Shown one piece after another: positions 49,768 to 61,699 of a stretch of DNA of 64,000 bases. Source of the stretch: Hypanus sabinus. Its lineage: Eukaryota. The stretch covers positions 164,114,001-164,178,000 of the forward strand of contig NC_082710.1 of assembly GCF_030144855.1 (NCBI RefSeq), read 5' to 3'. Position 1 is the first letter of the stretch. Each line of letters opens with the position of its first letter. The notes beneath the pieces were generated by a model. It was not told the origin of the DNA, did no database searches, and was given only the letters and a program-made list of their open reading frames with translations. The translations under genes and the position numbers were made by a program.

Positions 49768-50504
49768 CGTAATCATCCAGCTCCCCGCTTTCAGATCGAA
49801 ACGGACATACTATTCCTCTCTGGGCAGCAAGTTGGCCCTGCAGCTTTTGTACTTGCTTTGAACACTTTGCATGGTCCCTGCTGTTGCTTTTCTTTTCATC
49901 TACTGATTTCTCAATCACATTTTTAGCTGCTTTTAAATCACTCGACTGTTTGTTTAATTCCTCCACCTGGCTCTCAGCTCCCTGTTCGGCTTCCTCCCGT
50001 TTACTCTTTTCTTTAACCAGTTTCTCACACTTCATCTGAAACTGGTTCGTATTCACCATCCATGCATCTCTGCATCTCTGCGTCAGCTTTTCTTTAATGT
50101 TTACCACCTCCTCACAATGCCTTTAGATTTCCTGTTCTGATATATCTCACTCCGTTTCACATTTGTGCCGACTGTCTATCAAATCCTCAGTCAGACAGGC
50201 AACTGCTACAGGCTCTTGTGATCAGTTAAATTCCTGTCCGAAACTTTACCCTGAGCGACGTTGAAAAGTGCTTCACCAGTGGTTTTCCCTCAGCGCCAGT
50301 GTGCCGAGCTTCCTCCCTGGGTCTCTGGGGAGAGTTATCTCTGCCAGTGCACTTGAAGCATCTGCATTTCTATTCATTCCTGAACAATTCTAATGTTGCA
50401 TTACAGTGTTATTGGCTACGGGTCATCTGACTGACCGTCACCACCTTCTTATTGGCTCTGGTCCAAGCTGGCATCCATTTCTTGCCCTTCTCTGTTCAGA
50501 CCAA

Positions 50505-50600
50505 AGGGTCCTGCTGAAGAGTTTCGGCCCGAAACGTCGACTGTACACTTTTCCGAGATGCTGCCTGGCCTGCTGAGTTGCTCCAGTATTTTGTGTGTGT
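50505..50600 (+). mobile_element. PLE terminal fragment with a degenerate hammerhead
   Basis: gtcCTGCTGAagagtttcggcccGAAACGTCgactg followed by the agatgctgcctggcctgctgagtt terminus. Confidence 0.65.
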
Positions 50601-51854
50601 TGCTCTGATTTTCTCGTTAGTGAAATGTATTCGGCTGCAATCACAACCAACACAACCTCAGGAAGTTCTTGGCAGCCCACAAGCGTCGCCACACATTCCG
50701 GAGCCAACACGGCAGGTCCACGATGTCCAGCAGAACAACACAAGCAACAACAAAACTTCCCCTTTCCGTCTTCCCACTCACTCACACACTTAGCACAGGC
50801 TGTGTCTGGGTTTCCTAGCCCCAGTCCCTGTTCTGGACTCACAGACAATGAGGAATCAGGCCTTTAACTTACCAACGCACTGATACAGGAGTTCCGACCA
50901 TTTGAGTCATGTTGAAACTGTCAGGGCTTAGTTTCAACAGTTTCAGGTAACACACTGTCTGTGTTTAGAGTCATAGAGAAGTACAACTCAGAAACAGGCT
51001 CTTCAGCCCATCTAGTCCATGTTAAAACAATTTAAACTGCCTGCTCCCATCGACCTGCACCAGGACCATGACAATTGATGTCCTTACTGTCAACGTACCT
51101 ATCCAAACTTCTCTTAAACTAGCCAGTTCCGTTATAAAGTTAAAGTTCAAAGTAAATTTATTATTAAATTACATATGTGTCACCATGTACAACCCTGGGA
51201 TTTATTTTCTTGTGAGCATACCCAATAAATCCAGAGAATAATAACCACAACAGAATCAATGACAGACTTGAGTGTTCAATTGGTGTCAAAAGACACAGAT
51301 GAGGAGCTGAGGCCTGGGGCAGATCGTATCGAATGGAGGGGTAGACTTGTGAGACCGAGTGGCCTACTCCTGCTCCCACTGTCCCTCCCGATGCTCTTAC
51401 AGTTACCTCAGCTCCAGTACTCAGAGATTGAGCTGCTCCAGGGGATGGCAGGGTGAGGGGAATGTGAGGAGGGAGGTGGTGGGAGACAGGGAGTGATGGA
51501 GGGGACACAGATCGATTAAGAGAGAGAGAGAGAGAGAGAGGTGCACAGAGAGGAACAGCAGAAGTGCAGATAGATTGTGAGAGAGCGAGAGAGAGAGGGA
51601 TAGAGGGAACAGATTACGGGGCAGAAAGAAATGGGAAAGAGGAAGGCTGAAAGAATAAGGGGGTGGGAGATGGGAAGAGGCAGAGACAGAGTGGGGAGAT
51701 GAAGAGAGAGGGATGTAATGGAAAATATTGGAAATGCCCAAGAGATCAGGCAATGTCTGTACATGGATTGATAACTTTATAACAGAATGGCAAGCTACAG
51801 CATGTAACTTCCCTCTAAGCAATGTCAATTTAAATCAACTTAATGACCTACAGA

Positions 51855-53750
51855 TTTGAATTTGAATTTGAATTTATTTAAAATCTTATATCCATCCCAC
51901 AACGCAAGGGAGTAAATCTTTAACAAAGATCTTTGTAACACAAAGATCTCTTTGTGTTATGACTCCATCACAATATACAGACATGAATTCATATGTCTAC
52001 TGATTAATAGAACAAAGCTGTCCCATCGCCTGCTAGTCCTGCGTTAACACTGTGGTACCGTCTGCCAGATGGAAGCAGCTGAAACAGTTTATGGTTGGGG
52101 TGACTGGTGACCCCGATGATCTTCCAGGCCTTCTTCACACACCTGCCACTGTAAGTGTTCTCAATGGAGGGAAGTTCACATCCACAGATGTGCTGGGCTG
52201 TCCGTACCGACCACTCTCTGAAGTGCCCGGCGATTGAGGTTGGTGCAGGTGCTGTACCAGGTGGTGATACAGCCAGTCAGGATGCTCTCAATGGTGCCCC
52301 TGTAGAAGATCATGAGGATTGGGGGGCTCACGCTGAACGTCTTCAGTCACCTGAGGTGGAAGAGATGCTGTTGTGCTTTTTTGCCACAAAGCCGGTGTGT
52401 ACAGTCCATGTGAGATCTTCAGTGATGTGTACACTGAGGAATTTGAAACTACTCACCCTGTCAACTGCAGTCCCATTGATGTTGATCAGGGCGAGCCTGT
52501 CTCCATTCCTCCTGTAATCCACAATCAGCTCTTTTGTGTTTTGGACATTGAGGGAGGGGTTGTATTCTTGGCACCACTGTGTCAGGGTGTTCACCTCTCC
52601 TCTGTAGGCTGTCTTGTCACCCTAGTAATAAGGCCGATCAATGTCTTGTCATTTGATCAGCAGATTGGAGCTGTGTGTGTCAGCACAGACATGGGTGTAA
52701 AGTCGTGGGTGCAATTTGAAGGTCTTGGCAGACCAGGCAGGTCGGGCACCTTTAAGCGTATGAGGGTTCAGCAGTACAGCCAGAAATGAGGCAGGTTGGT
52801 GGGGGGGGGGGGTCTCCAAGCAAGGCTGAAAAACAAAGGGGTGGGGTCTCCTCTACCCAGCATCTTGTTTGCAAACGTGCAGTCACTGGAGACCAAAACT
52901 GAGAACCTGACCACAAGATTGCTGTCTCGGAGGGAAATGAGGGACTGTTGTGTTCTATGTCTGAGTGAGACTTGGCTTTCTCCCAGCATGCCAGATACAA
53001 TGATCAAACAGAAAGGCTTCTTGATTTTCCATAAGGACTGAACCGTTGATTTGGAAAAGCCAAAGGTGAAGGTGAGCGACTTTTGCTCACCAACTCAAAG
53101 GTGAAGGTGACTTTTGCTCACAACCAGCAACTGTTGCTGGTGCTCCGATGTGGCGGTTTTGTCAAACTCGTGTTCCCCCAACCCTGAACACCTAATGGGC
53201 AAGTGCCATCTGTTCAATTTACCACTGAAGCAGCATCCAGTACCAGGGTCCTCCACCTCCCAGGACAGGCTCTCTTCTTGCTGATGCCATCAGAAAGGCG
53301 GCACAGGAGCCTCAGGACTCACACCTCCAGTTTCAGAAACAGTTACTATCCCTCAGCCATCAGGCTCTTGAACCAAGGGGATAACTTCACTCAACTTTAC
53401 TTGCTGATGCACCATCAATAACTCACATTGAGACGTAGGCGAGATATCGGCTTTTATTGACTGAAGAAGGAACCAGCAGTGAGTGACCATCATATTACAT
53501 CCTGGAGAATGAGGCAGAGGATTAGACCTGAATCGCCTTTATACAGGGGCCTGTGGGAGGAGCCACAGGAGCAGTCAGAAGGGGGCATGTCCAGACAGGC
53601 ACATAGTTCACCACACTTGCCCCGTCTTTTGAGATGCTCTCATAACCAATAGACTCACTTTCAAGGACTCTTCATCTCAGGTTCTCGATGGTTATTGCTT
53701 ATTTATTATTATTATTATTATTATTTATTTTGCTTGTATTTGCACAGTTT
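51855..53750. mobile_element. Rex/Babar LINE fragments in both orientations
   Basis: Minus strand (to ~52700): WCQEYNPSLNVQNTKELIVDYRR...RVSSFKFL with a (ttcaaa)n tail. Plus strand: LPSILFANVQSLE endonuclease start and a 3' end (LMPSERRHRSL). Confidence 0.7.
53405..53615. mobile_element. Solo LTR (211 bp) inserted in a Rex 3'UTR
   Basis: TG...CA termini and a 5-bp TSD CTTGC at 53400-53404 and 53616-53620. Confidence 0.8.
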
Positions 53751-54169
53751 ACTCTATTTCACACACTCATCGACTGTGTGTCTGTGAGTACAGAACAGGG
53801 ACTGGAGACTGGAAACCCAGACGCAACCTGTCCGGTGTGCGTGAGAGACTGGGAAGGGGGAAGGGGCTTGTTTTGTTGTTGTAGTTTTGATTTGATGTTG
53901 TTGCTGTTGCTTGTGTTGTTCTGCTGGACATCGTGGACATGCCGTGTTGGCTCCGGAATGTGTGGCGACACTTGTGGGCCGCCCCAGCACATCCTGAGGA
54001 TGTGGAGACATGGATTGGAATGATTTAGCAGATAAGATGACTCGATATGGTTAGGATGAGGAACTTCCCTCAGAAGATTTCCCACTGACATAACACCAAG
54101 AAGAGCCTGTACTACCAACAGCACGATTTCCCCACCCCACACTTCCAATCACTATCAGAGAGGGAGGAG

Positions 54170-54920
54170 TGTGCAGAATATAGCATTAATGGTGAGACTC
54201 TTGGCAGTGTAGAGGATCAGAGGGATCTTTGGGTCCGAGTCCATAGGACGCTCAAAGCAGCTGCTCAGCTTGACTCTGTGGTTAAGAAGGCGTACGATGT
54301 ATTGGCCTTCATCAATCGTGGAATTCGATTTAGGAGCAGAGAGGTAATGTTGCAGCTATATAGGATCCTGGTCAGACCCCACTTGGAGTACTGTGCTCAG
54401 TTCTGCTCAACTCACGACAGGAAGGATGTGGAAGCCGTAGAAAAGGTGCAGAGGAGATCTACAGGGATGTTGCCTGGATTGGGGAGCATGCCTTATGAGA
54501 ATAGGTTGAGTGAACTTGGCCTTTTCTCCTTGGAGCGACGGAGGATGAGAGGTGACCTGATAGAGGTGTATAAGATGATAAGAGGCATTGATTGTGTGGA
54601 TAGTCAGAGGCTTTTTCCCAGGGCTGAAATGGTTGCCACAAGAGGGCACAGGTTTAAGGTGCTGGGGAGTAGGTACAGAGAAGATGACAGGGGTAAGTTT
54701 TTCACGCAGAGAGTGGGTGAGTGCATGGAATGGGCTGCCAGCAACGGTGGTGGAGGTGGATACGATAGGGTCTTTTAAGAGGCTTTTGGATAGGTACATG
54801 GAGCTTCGAAAAATAGAGGGCTATGGGTAGGCCTAGTAATTTCTAAGATAGGGACATGTTGTGCACAACTTTGTGGGCCGAAGGGTCTGTATTGTGCTGT
54901 AGGTTTTCTATGTTTCTATT
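54170..54920 (+). mobile_element. CR1 3' portion
   Basis: VKKAYDVLAFINRG...RPHLEYC...MRGDLIEVYK and a tail ttttctatgtttcta. Confidence 0.85.
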
Positions 54921-55059
54921 ACTACTCCCCTTTATCAGGACTGGCAGCAGTAAAGGATAATCCCACACTAACTTAAAAATCTGCAAGCACTTCCCTATTC
55001 ATATCCCTCTGCCATCACACATGGAGTAACTAACTATAATCACCTCTGGCCTGAAAACA

Positions 55060-55760
55060 ATTGGGTCTTTGTGTAATATTACTTCACCCATGAAAACAGC
55101 AGCTACTGAAACTGTCCTGCTCCTCAGCTTCTGCCCCACTGGTCTCCACATCCTTCACAATTCCCACCAGCTCCAGCAAAATTCCATCAGGCACATCTTC
55201 CCTTCCTCCTTTCAGCAGTTCAGAAATATTGGTCTCTTTCTGACTCCTTGGCTTATCTCTCTCCACACTAACCATTTCAAGAATAAAGTACTGCGGATAC
55301 TGGAAATCTTTAAAAAAGTGCTTGAAATAGTCAGTCTTCAAGTTGTAACTTTCTCTTCCTGGAGATACTGCCTGACTTGCTGAGTATTTCAAGCATTTTC
55401 TGCTTTTTTTATCTCACCAACCACTTGCCATCTTGTGGCATTTTCTTCTGCACCCTCCGGGTATGCAGTTTATATTTCCTCCACTTCCATCCCCATCATT
55501 CAGAGGCACAAGCAGTTTTTCAGGTGATCAGTGATTCACTTGCACCTCCCCCAATCGAGTGACTGCATTCAGTGCTCGACACTGGGAAAATCAAAAGCAC
55601 ATTGTGTGATCCCTTTAGGATCCCCGGTGTTCAATCCACAGAGAGCAGCCATTCTCTATTGCTTGCCACTTCAGTACTTTGACCTCAATGTCTACAGCCT
55701 CCTGCCCTGTTACAACGAGTGCATAGTGTTACACAGTGCAACCTTCCAGACTCAATATTG
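55060..55760 (+). mobile_element. Old PLE fragment (RT end / GIY-YIG)
   Basis: LSFCPTGLHILHNSHQLQ...RHIFP and FQV.Q*FTCTS similarity to the PLE copy at 30491-31400. Confidence 0.55.
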
Positions 55761-56624
55761 AATTCCCCAACGTTTGGTAACTTGTTCCTGGCTGTATCAG
55801 AACTGGCCATTTCTACCAGTCATCCATCTATGATTTGGCTCTGATTTTCTCTCCGTTGGAACAGCCTGGTCAGGTGGTCACGATATGCCTTAGACCTGTG
55901 ATTAGTGACACATAACACAGACAGAGAGGCAGAATCTGCTTTGACCTACTTGGTCTCATATGTTACCAATGTTCTCTGTTTTTGTTCTTTCCCAAATGGT
56001 TCACATCCTTTGTCACTAATTCCAACATTTTCTTTCTACTGATGCCAACAACTCTATCGTTTCCTGCTTTCTGTCTCCTTTCTTTCTTTCTTTGTGTGTT
56101 CGCATTTGCCACCCTCCAATCCACAGGAGCCATCCAGAATTCATGGAAGTCTGGAAAACCAGAAACACAATCCACCTTTTTCATAATTACCTTTCTCAAA
56201 CTATTGAATTTAGGTCATCGAGTCTTAGGATTTGTCACCTTCAATCCCATTAGTTTTGTCAGTACCAGTTCTTTACAGCGATTGCTATTTCTACATTTCC
56301 AGTCTGTTTTTATTTATTAATACAAATTCCATTCAGTGATTCACTCCCTTAGCTTCTTGTAATCTCTGTGAAGATTGACAGAAATGCATTTAGTTCATAA
56401 ACAATCTTGTCTACCTAACAAAAATCCATCCTCCATATTGGCCCATCTTCAGACGTTGCTGATCTAAAGCTAATACTACTTGCCTGTGTTTGTCCCATAA
56501 ACCTTAAACTTCCAACATTCTGAACCAAAAAGGTGATCCAGGCTTCCTCTGACATGAACTACAAAACTTTCAAGGCTTCTGTCCTGCAGGATTCTATATA
56601 ATTAATACATGTTACCAATACCCG

Positions 56625-56905
56625 AAAGGTTTATTTACTTATTTAGTGATCTATAGTGTGGAATTGGCCCTTCGAGTCACACTCCCCTGATTTAATCCTA
56701 GTCCAATCACGGGACAATTTACAATGACCAATTAATCTACCAACCAGCACATCCGTGGACTGTGGGCGGAAACCAGAGGACCCAGAGGAACCCCATGTAG
56801 TCACCGGTAGAACGTATAGACTCCTTACAGGCAGTGGCAGGAACTGAACCTGTGTCGCCTGTACGGTAAAACATTGTGCTAGCCACTGCTCTGTCGTGCC
56901 TCCCC
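56625..56905 (-). mobile_element. HE1-type V-SINE (elasmobranch)
   Basis: tRNA-like head, then ggggttcctctgggtcctctggtttccgcccacagtcc...ggtagattaattggtcattgtaaattgtccc, which is V-domain-like. Confidence 0.7.
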
Positions 56906-58539
56906 AAGGTATATTGCTCCTGCAACCGGAGAGTGACCTCATCATGGCAGTACAGGAGGCCTCGGACTGACATGTCAGAATGGGAATGGGGAGTGGAATT
57001 TAAATGGCTGGCCACCCAGAATTCCTACCGGTTGTGGACAGAGCATATATATTCTTTGCAGGTAGAAGAACTGGGCATGTCAAGGAAGATGTTAAGATAT
57101 TTCCCGCAGTGACAGAATCTCAAACAGAGTGACACTGTTAAAATCACAAAAAGAGGAAATCTGCAGATGCTGGAAATCCGAGCAACACACACAAAATGCT
57201 GGAGGAACTCAGCAGGCCAGGCAGGTTAGGGGCAACTGATTTAAAACTGACGCACACAGGAATTTCCTCTCAGAGAAGGCAGAGACTCACTGGAATACTC
57301 AACCCCAAAGGGTAATGGAGACTCTGCCTTTTAAAGAGGAAATAGATGATTTTCTGGATGATTAGGGAATTAAAGAATATACAAAATGTCAGATGAAGCC
57401 TGGGGCCTATCAGCCATGGTCTGATTAAATGATGGTAAGTTTCATGGGCTGGATGGCCAACTACAGTTCCTATTATTTTTTTTCTGTCCTTAACAGCTCC
57501 TGTTTTCTCATGTCCTTATCAATGCTTTCTGCCATTTGCTGTTTCATATCTTCACCCACACTCTGAGCTCCCACCCATTCGACCGTCACTGTGCATGTAC
57601 ATCTGTGCACGGCCGCAATGAAAAACTTACTTGCAGCGTCAACACTGATACATAATATAAGCAGTGTTCACAAGGAGAAAATATATTAAACATAAACATA
57701 ACTTTTACAAGAACCAACATGAAAATTATAAGAAATAAACCAAAGTCAGCCCAGAAACTAGTTTGTGCCCTAAGATTCATTTTCTTGCAGGCATTCACAG
57801 TAGAACAATGAATTAACAATAGAATCAATGAAAAATGCACAAAAACCAACACTGACAAGCAACCAATGTGCAAAAGTAAACTAAAGGTGCAAATTCAATC
57901 AATTGATGAATTGATCAATGGTTAAATCAACCAACCAATCAATCAATCTGAGCCGAATCCTTTGGGAAACTGCCATGGATGGTCCCAAGCTTGGGCTGAG
58001 AAAGGAGGGGTTTGGCATCGGGCCAGCAGCCCCATCCCATTAAAAACCCAGAGCTACAGACACCGCAACAAAAGCTCTAAAGACCTTATCCCTGGGAGAG
58101 AAAAACATCTTTGCCACAAAGACATATGATGGGCTACACCTGGGGAATACTTGAATCACTGGCCCAGGACAGAGGACTTTGGTGAGCTACGCCCCAGTAG
58201 GGGGATGGACTGAAGCTAAGCGACTAAGAATCCTTCAGGAGATCGTAAAATTACCAGTTTGTTTAGACAGTTCAAAAGCATGTTTCTTAAAGAAAAATCA
58301 TAGGTGGCAGATACCAGCAATGGTAGTTCATAAAAAGCAATATCTATTGGTTTTGTAAGCTGCCAGGAAGACATCGCCGTAAGGATAAAGGATGGAGCGT
58401 GTACCAAGGAGAAGGATGAGGAGGACAGCAAGATCAGTGTGGACTGGGCTAATACACCAGGGCATTTTCAGATAAAGAAAAAATTGGGTCTCTTGAAGAA
58501 CATTAAGGTTGATAAGTCCCCATGGTTTGATGTGATGTA

Positions 58540-59010
58540 CCCATCACCTGGAGTCAGGCAACATCTATGGAGGGAAATAGACAGTTGACATTTCCGGTTG
58601 AGACCCTTCATTAGGAGTGGAAAGAAAGTGCGGAGAGTGAGCTATAAGATGTGGGGTGGGAGGGGTGGAACAAAATCTGGTAGGTGAGAGTAGATCCAGG
58701 TATGGGGGGAGTGAATAGCAGGTGAAGGAGGATGAAAAGTGGGAATGGTGTAAGAAGCAGGGAGCTGATAGGTTGAACAGAGGAAAGGATGAATAATCTG
58801 ATTGGACAGGACAGAATCAATGGAAGGAGGTGAGGAGGGAAACCAAATGGAGGAATGTGTGGGTGATAGACAGATGGAGAGGGTGGGAAGGAAAATGAGA
58901 TAGTATTTTGGGGCTGGTGGCTGGTGGGTGAGGTAGAGGGGCAGTGGGGCGGTGGCTGGGAAAATCAGTATTCATGCCATCAGGCTGGAGACTGCCAAGA
59001 CATAATAACA
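58540..59010 (-). mobile_element. PLE 3' end with a degenerate hammerhead (~58581-58620)
   Basis: CLGSLQPDGMNTDF at the ORF end, then ctcCTAATGAagggtctcaaccgGAAATgtcaactg. Confidence 0.7.
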
Positions 59011-59039
59011 TTCAGAACGTAACAACATGATAACATTCA

Positions 59040-59710
59040 GGCAGCAGGATCAGTACAGTTGGATCTAAACAAAATCCAGATGTGGGCAGATAAACAGCAG
59101 ATGAAATTTAGTTTAAATAAATGTAAAATATATATAGGGAGTGGAAATGATAGATATAAACATACAATGGGGTTCTTGAGTCAGAAAGTGCACTGTATGA
59201 GCGGGTTTGGGCACCCTGGTAGACTCATCACTATCCACATCTAGACAATGCACAGAAGTGATTAGGAAGGCTTACAGAACGTTGGCCTATAAAATGCGCT
59301 CAGTGGATTTCAAGTCTAGAGACGTTCTCCTTTAGCTGTAAAATGTGCTTATGAGGCGACACCTTGAGAATGGAGAACAATTTTGGTCTCCATATACTGT
59401 GAGGGATGTAAAGGCACAGGAGAGAGGTTAGAGATGGGCAACAAGACTCATTCCAGGTCTGCAGAAAATGAACTATGAAGAAAGATTGAAGGAACTGAAT
59501 TGTTTTAGCCCAAGTAGATGTAGAACAAGAGGAGACATGATAGAAGTGTTCAAGGTCATTAAGGGTGTAAGTAAGGTGGATGCCAGCTGCTACTTTAAAA
59601 TTAATCCATCAGTGAGGACGAGGTGGAGACTGGTTAAAGGGAGATTTCAGACTAACATCAGGAAGCATTTTTTTATACAGTGAGTTGCAGACACATTGAA
59701 CAAACTACCT
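59040..59710 (+). mobile_element. Old CR1 3' fragment
   Basis: MNYEERLKELN...RGDMIEVFK...RKHFF. Confidence 0.65.
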
Positions 59711-60020
59711 AGTTACGTAGTTGATAGTAGTTCAACACACCGTGTGAATAGGAATTTGGTAAGCTGGTAGAATGGCCTGTTCTTGTCAAAAACTTTCCAA
59801 TGTTCTAATAATAAGAGGTGCTGTACCTCTGATCTGTGTCTAGCCTCCACATGACAGTACAGGAGGAGGCTGCCTGGATAGTCCGTTGAGGAGATGACAG
59901 GCGGGTGCCATCTTGTCCCTGGGTGGGGCTGTGATATTGAGTGCTGGAGTGGGGATGTCCCATCTGGATATCTGTCTAAACCATTCCCGTGTCCTGACTG
60001 AGTGTAAACTATCTCCTTAC

Positions 60021-60069
60021 CTTCTGTGTTAAACACTCCCAGCGTGAAGAGAAGAGCAAGCAACAACAT
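60021..60069 (-). CDS. Signal-peptide (leader) exon L1
   Basis: ATG at 60069 gives MLLLALLFTLGVFNTE plus one base, then donor G|GTAAGG (60020-60019). The phase-1 end matches the V exons and the peptide has a hydrophobic core. Confidence 0.72.
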
Positions 60070-60091
60070 GTCCGGGCACCGACCGGGAGCC

Positions 60092-60259
60092 GAAGTTTCC
60101 AGACAATTCAGGGAAGTTTCCAGAGTCTCAGATTCCTGGACTTTGGACTCTGAGCACTGAGACTGGATGATGTGTGGAGAGTAAAATCAACAACAGCTTC
60201 CAATCATAAACGTTGAACATTGAACCAGGGAGTGGTTCAGCTACCTGTGAAAATGAAAG
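60092..60259. promoter_or_regulatory. Candidate GAS, kappaB and IRF motifs upstream of L1
   Basis: TTCAGGGAA (GAS) at 60107-60115 overlaps GGGAAGTTTCC (kappaB-like) at 60111-60121. GAAGTTTCCAGA is directly repeated at 60092 and 60113. GAAAATGAAA (IRF-E) is at 60249-60258. Confidence 0.35.
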
Positions 60260-61283
60260 GAAGGTAGACTCAGTCTGATTATGGGACTGAACAATGTATT
60301 GAGGAATAAGGGTAGTTTATGACATTGGAACCTGCTGTGTCAGTCCACAAGGTCATGGTTGAAGTTCCGATCATCCTCGCATGAAACTGGTAAATTAGTT
60401 TATTATTGTCACAAATAAAGTAAAGGACTTGTCTCATATACTCTTCGTACAGATCAATTCATTACACTGTGCACTGAGGTGTTACAATAACAGTGTCAGA
60501 ATAAAGCTTTACAGAGAAAGTGCAATGTAGATAGCAAGGTGAAAGGTCACAGCAAGGTAGATTATGAGTTCAAGATTCCACCTTTTCATAAAACATCATA
60601 TGTTTCAGTTTTAACAATTTCTAATGCAATAAATTACCAAGACAGAGAACTACAAATGTTTACAGTCCTCTGAGTGCAGAAAATTTCCATTCTCCTGTTG
60701 AATAGTTTGTTCATTTTTACTGGACTGAGAGGTGTTTGAGAAACAAAAGAAACAACATTCATCTCTGAATCTTCACTGGTATATGCCATCCCACAATTCC
60801 AAGTGGGGGAATCTTGTTCACTCACCTATTGTGGGACTTTTTACACCACAGCATGATTTCCCCTTCAGGAATCCCATGTTAATGCTGACTGTTTTCTAAA
60901 CAACATAATATTGTATAATATCCCAGGATTTTCCCCAAATATTGATTTCAGGTTAACAGATTTAGAACTTCCATATTTTCTATCTTGCTCCTTTTTGAAA
61001 TGGGCCACGTTTACCTGCATCCATCTACAGAAGACATATGTTTATTTAAGATGATCCCCAGAGGATCCACTATCTCAGTTACCCAGCACTTTCAAACCTT
61101 TGATTGTAGGTCATGTATCCAATGGGTTTTGACGAGTTTTACTCTCATTAACTTCTTCAGTATTGATACCTATTACTCCATCAGACGATCCTCAGTTCGC
61201 TGTTTCTGAGAATTTTCTCTTTCATGCAGATAGACATAAAGTCTTTGTTTGAATCAATGTGCCTTTTCTGCTTCCTCATGATA

Positions 61284-61628
61284 CACTCAGTGGCCACAAC
61301 ATTACACACACCTCTACACCTGCTCATTAATGCTAATATCTAATCATCCAGTCTTGTGCCAGCAACTCAATTCATAACAGACATGGTCAATCAGTTCAGT
61401 TCGAACATCAGAAAGGGGAAGAAAATATGATCAAAATGACTTCCATCATAGAGTGATCATTGGTGCCAGATGGGGTGGTTTGAGTATCTCAGGAACTGCT
61501 GATCTCCTGGGATTTTCACTCACAACAGTCTCTGGAGTTTACTGAGAATGGTGGGAAGAAAATAAAACATCCAGTGAGCAGATATTCTGGGTGAAATGCC
61601 TTGTTAATGAGAGAGGTCAAAGGAGAAT
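61284..61628 (+). mobile_element. Tc1/mariner fragment (same family as 19651-20045)
   Basis: TA followed by cactcagtggcc TIR, with internal ggtgccagatggggtggtttgagtatctcag shared with the other copy. The right end is missing. Confidence 0.75.
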
Positions 61629-61699
61629 GTGTGCGTGCGTGTGTTTATGTGAGAGAGGTATTTTTGCCATCCACTCTTTTCCTTTTCACGTATCGAGTC

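Larger units (their letters stand above)
45474..50400 (-). pseudogene. Degenerate retroviral/LTR gag-like gene split by a minisatellite and a LINE
   Basis: Coiled-coil N-terminal part (49733-50107), then GELDDYATPLGVQQLRDI|RKDFRTY|ISGDDPRELFHEF after removing the inserts. An MHR-like KCSQRKGEH..HF(A)..LW and a degenerate zinc knuckle (LFSRGNLGHYARNP, ~45531-45575) follow. Confidence 0.6.

Noticed and set aside
47230-49772. Long Cys-rich ORFs (504, 356, 305, 246 aa) that could pass for a novel repeat protein
   Set aside because: They are by-products of a stop-free 54-bp unit. They shift frame at unit variants, have no credible start or splice context, and are antisense to the gag-like host.
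50860-50940. Donor-like TTG|GTAAGT and a 10-bp hairpin upstream of the gag-like gene, considered as LTR/PBS or a fourth leader
   Set aside because: No match to a tRNA 3' end, no hydrophobic ORF and no second LTR copy found.
50600-54010. Inverted pair of ~250-bp repeats (50600-50860 minus, 53780-54010 plus) that could be TIRs of a large element
   Set aside because: Both are diverged copies of a common SINE/LINE 3' region with no shared TSD, so they are most likely independent insertions.
59713-60020. Continuation of the 118-aa ORF beyond the L1 leader
   Set aside because: It reads through a canonical GTAAGG donor, and its distal part (LLYCHVEA...QHLL) resembles a PLE remnant.
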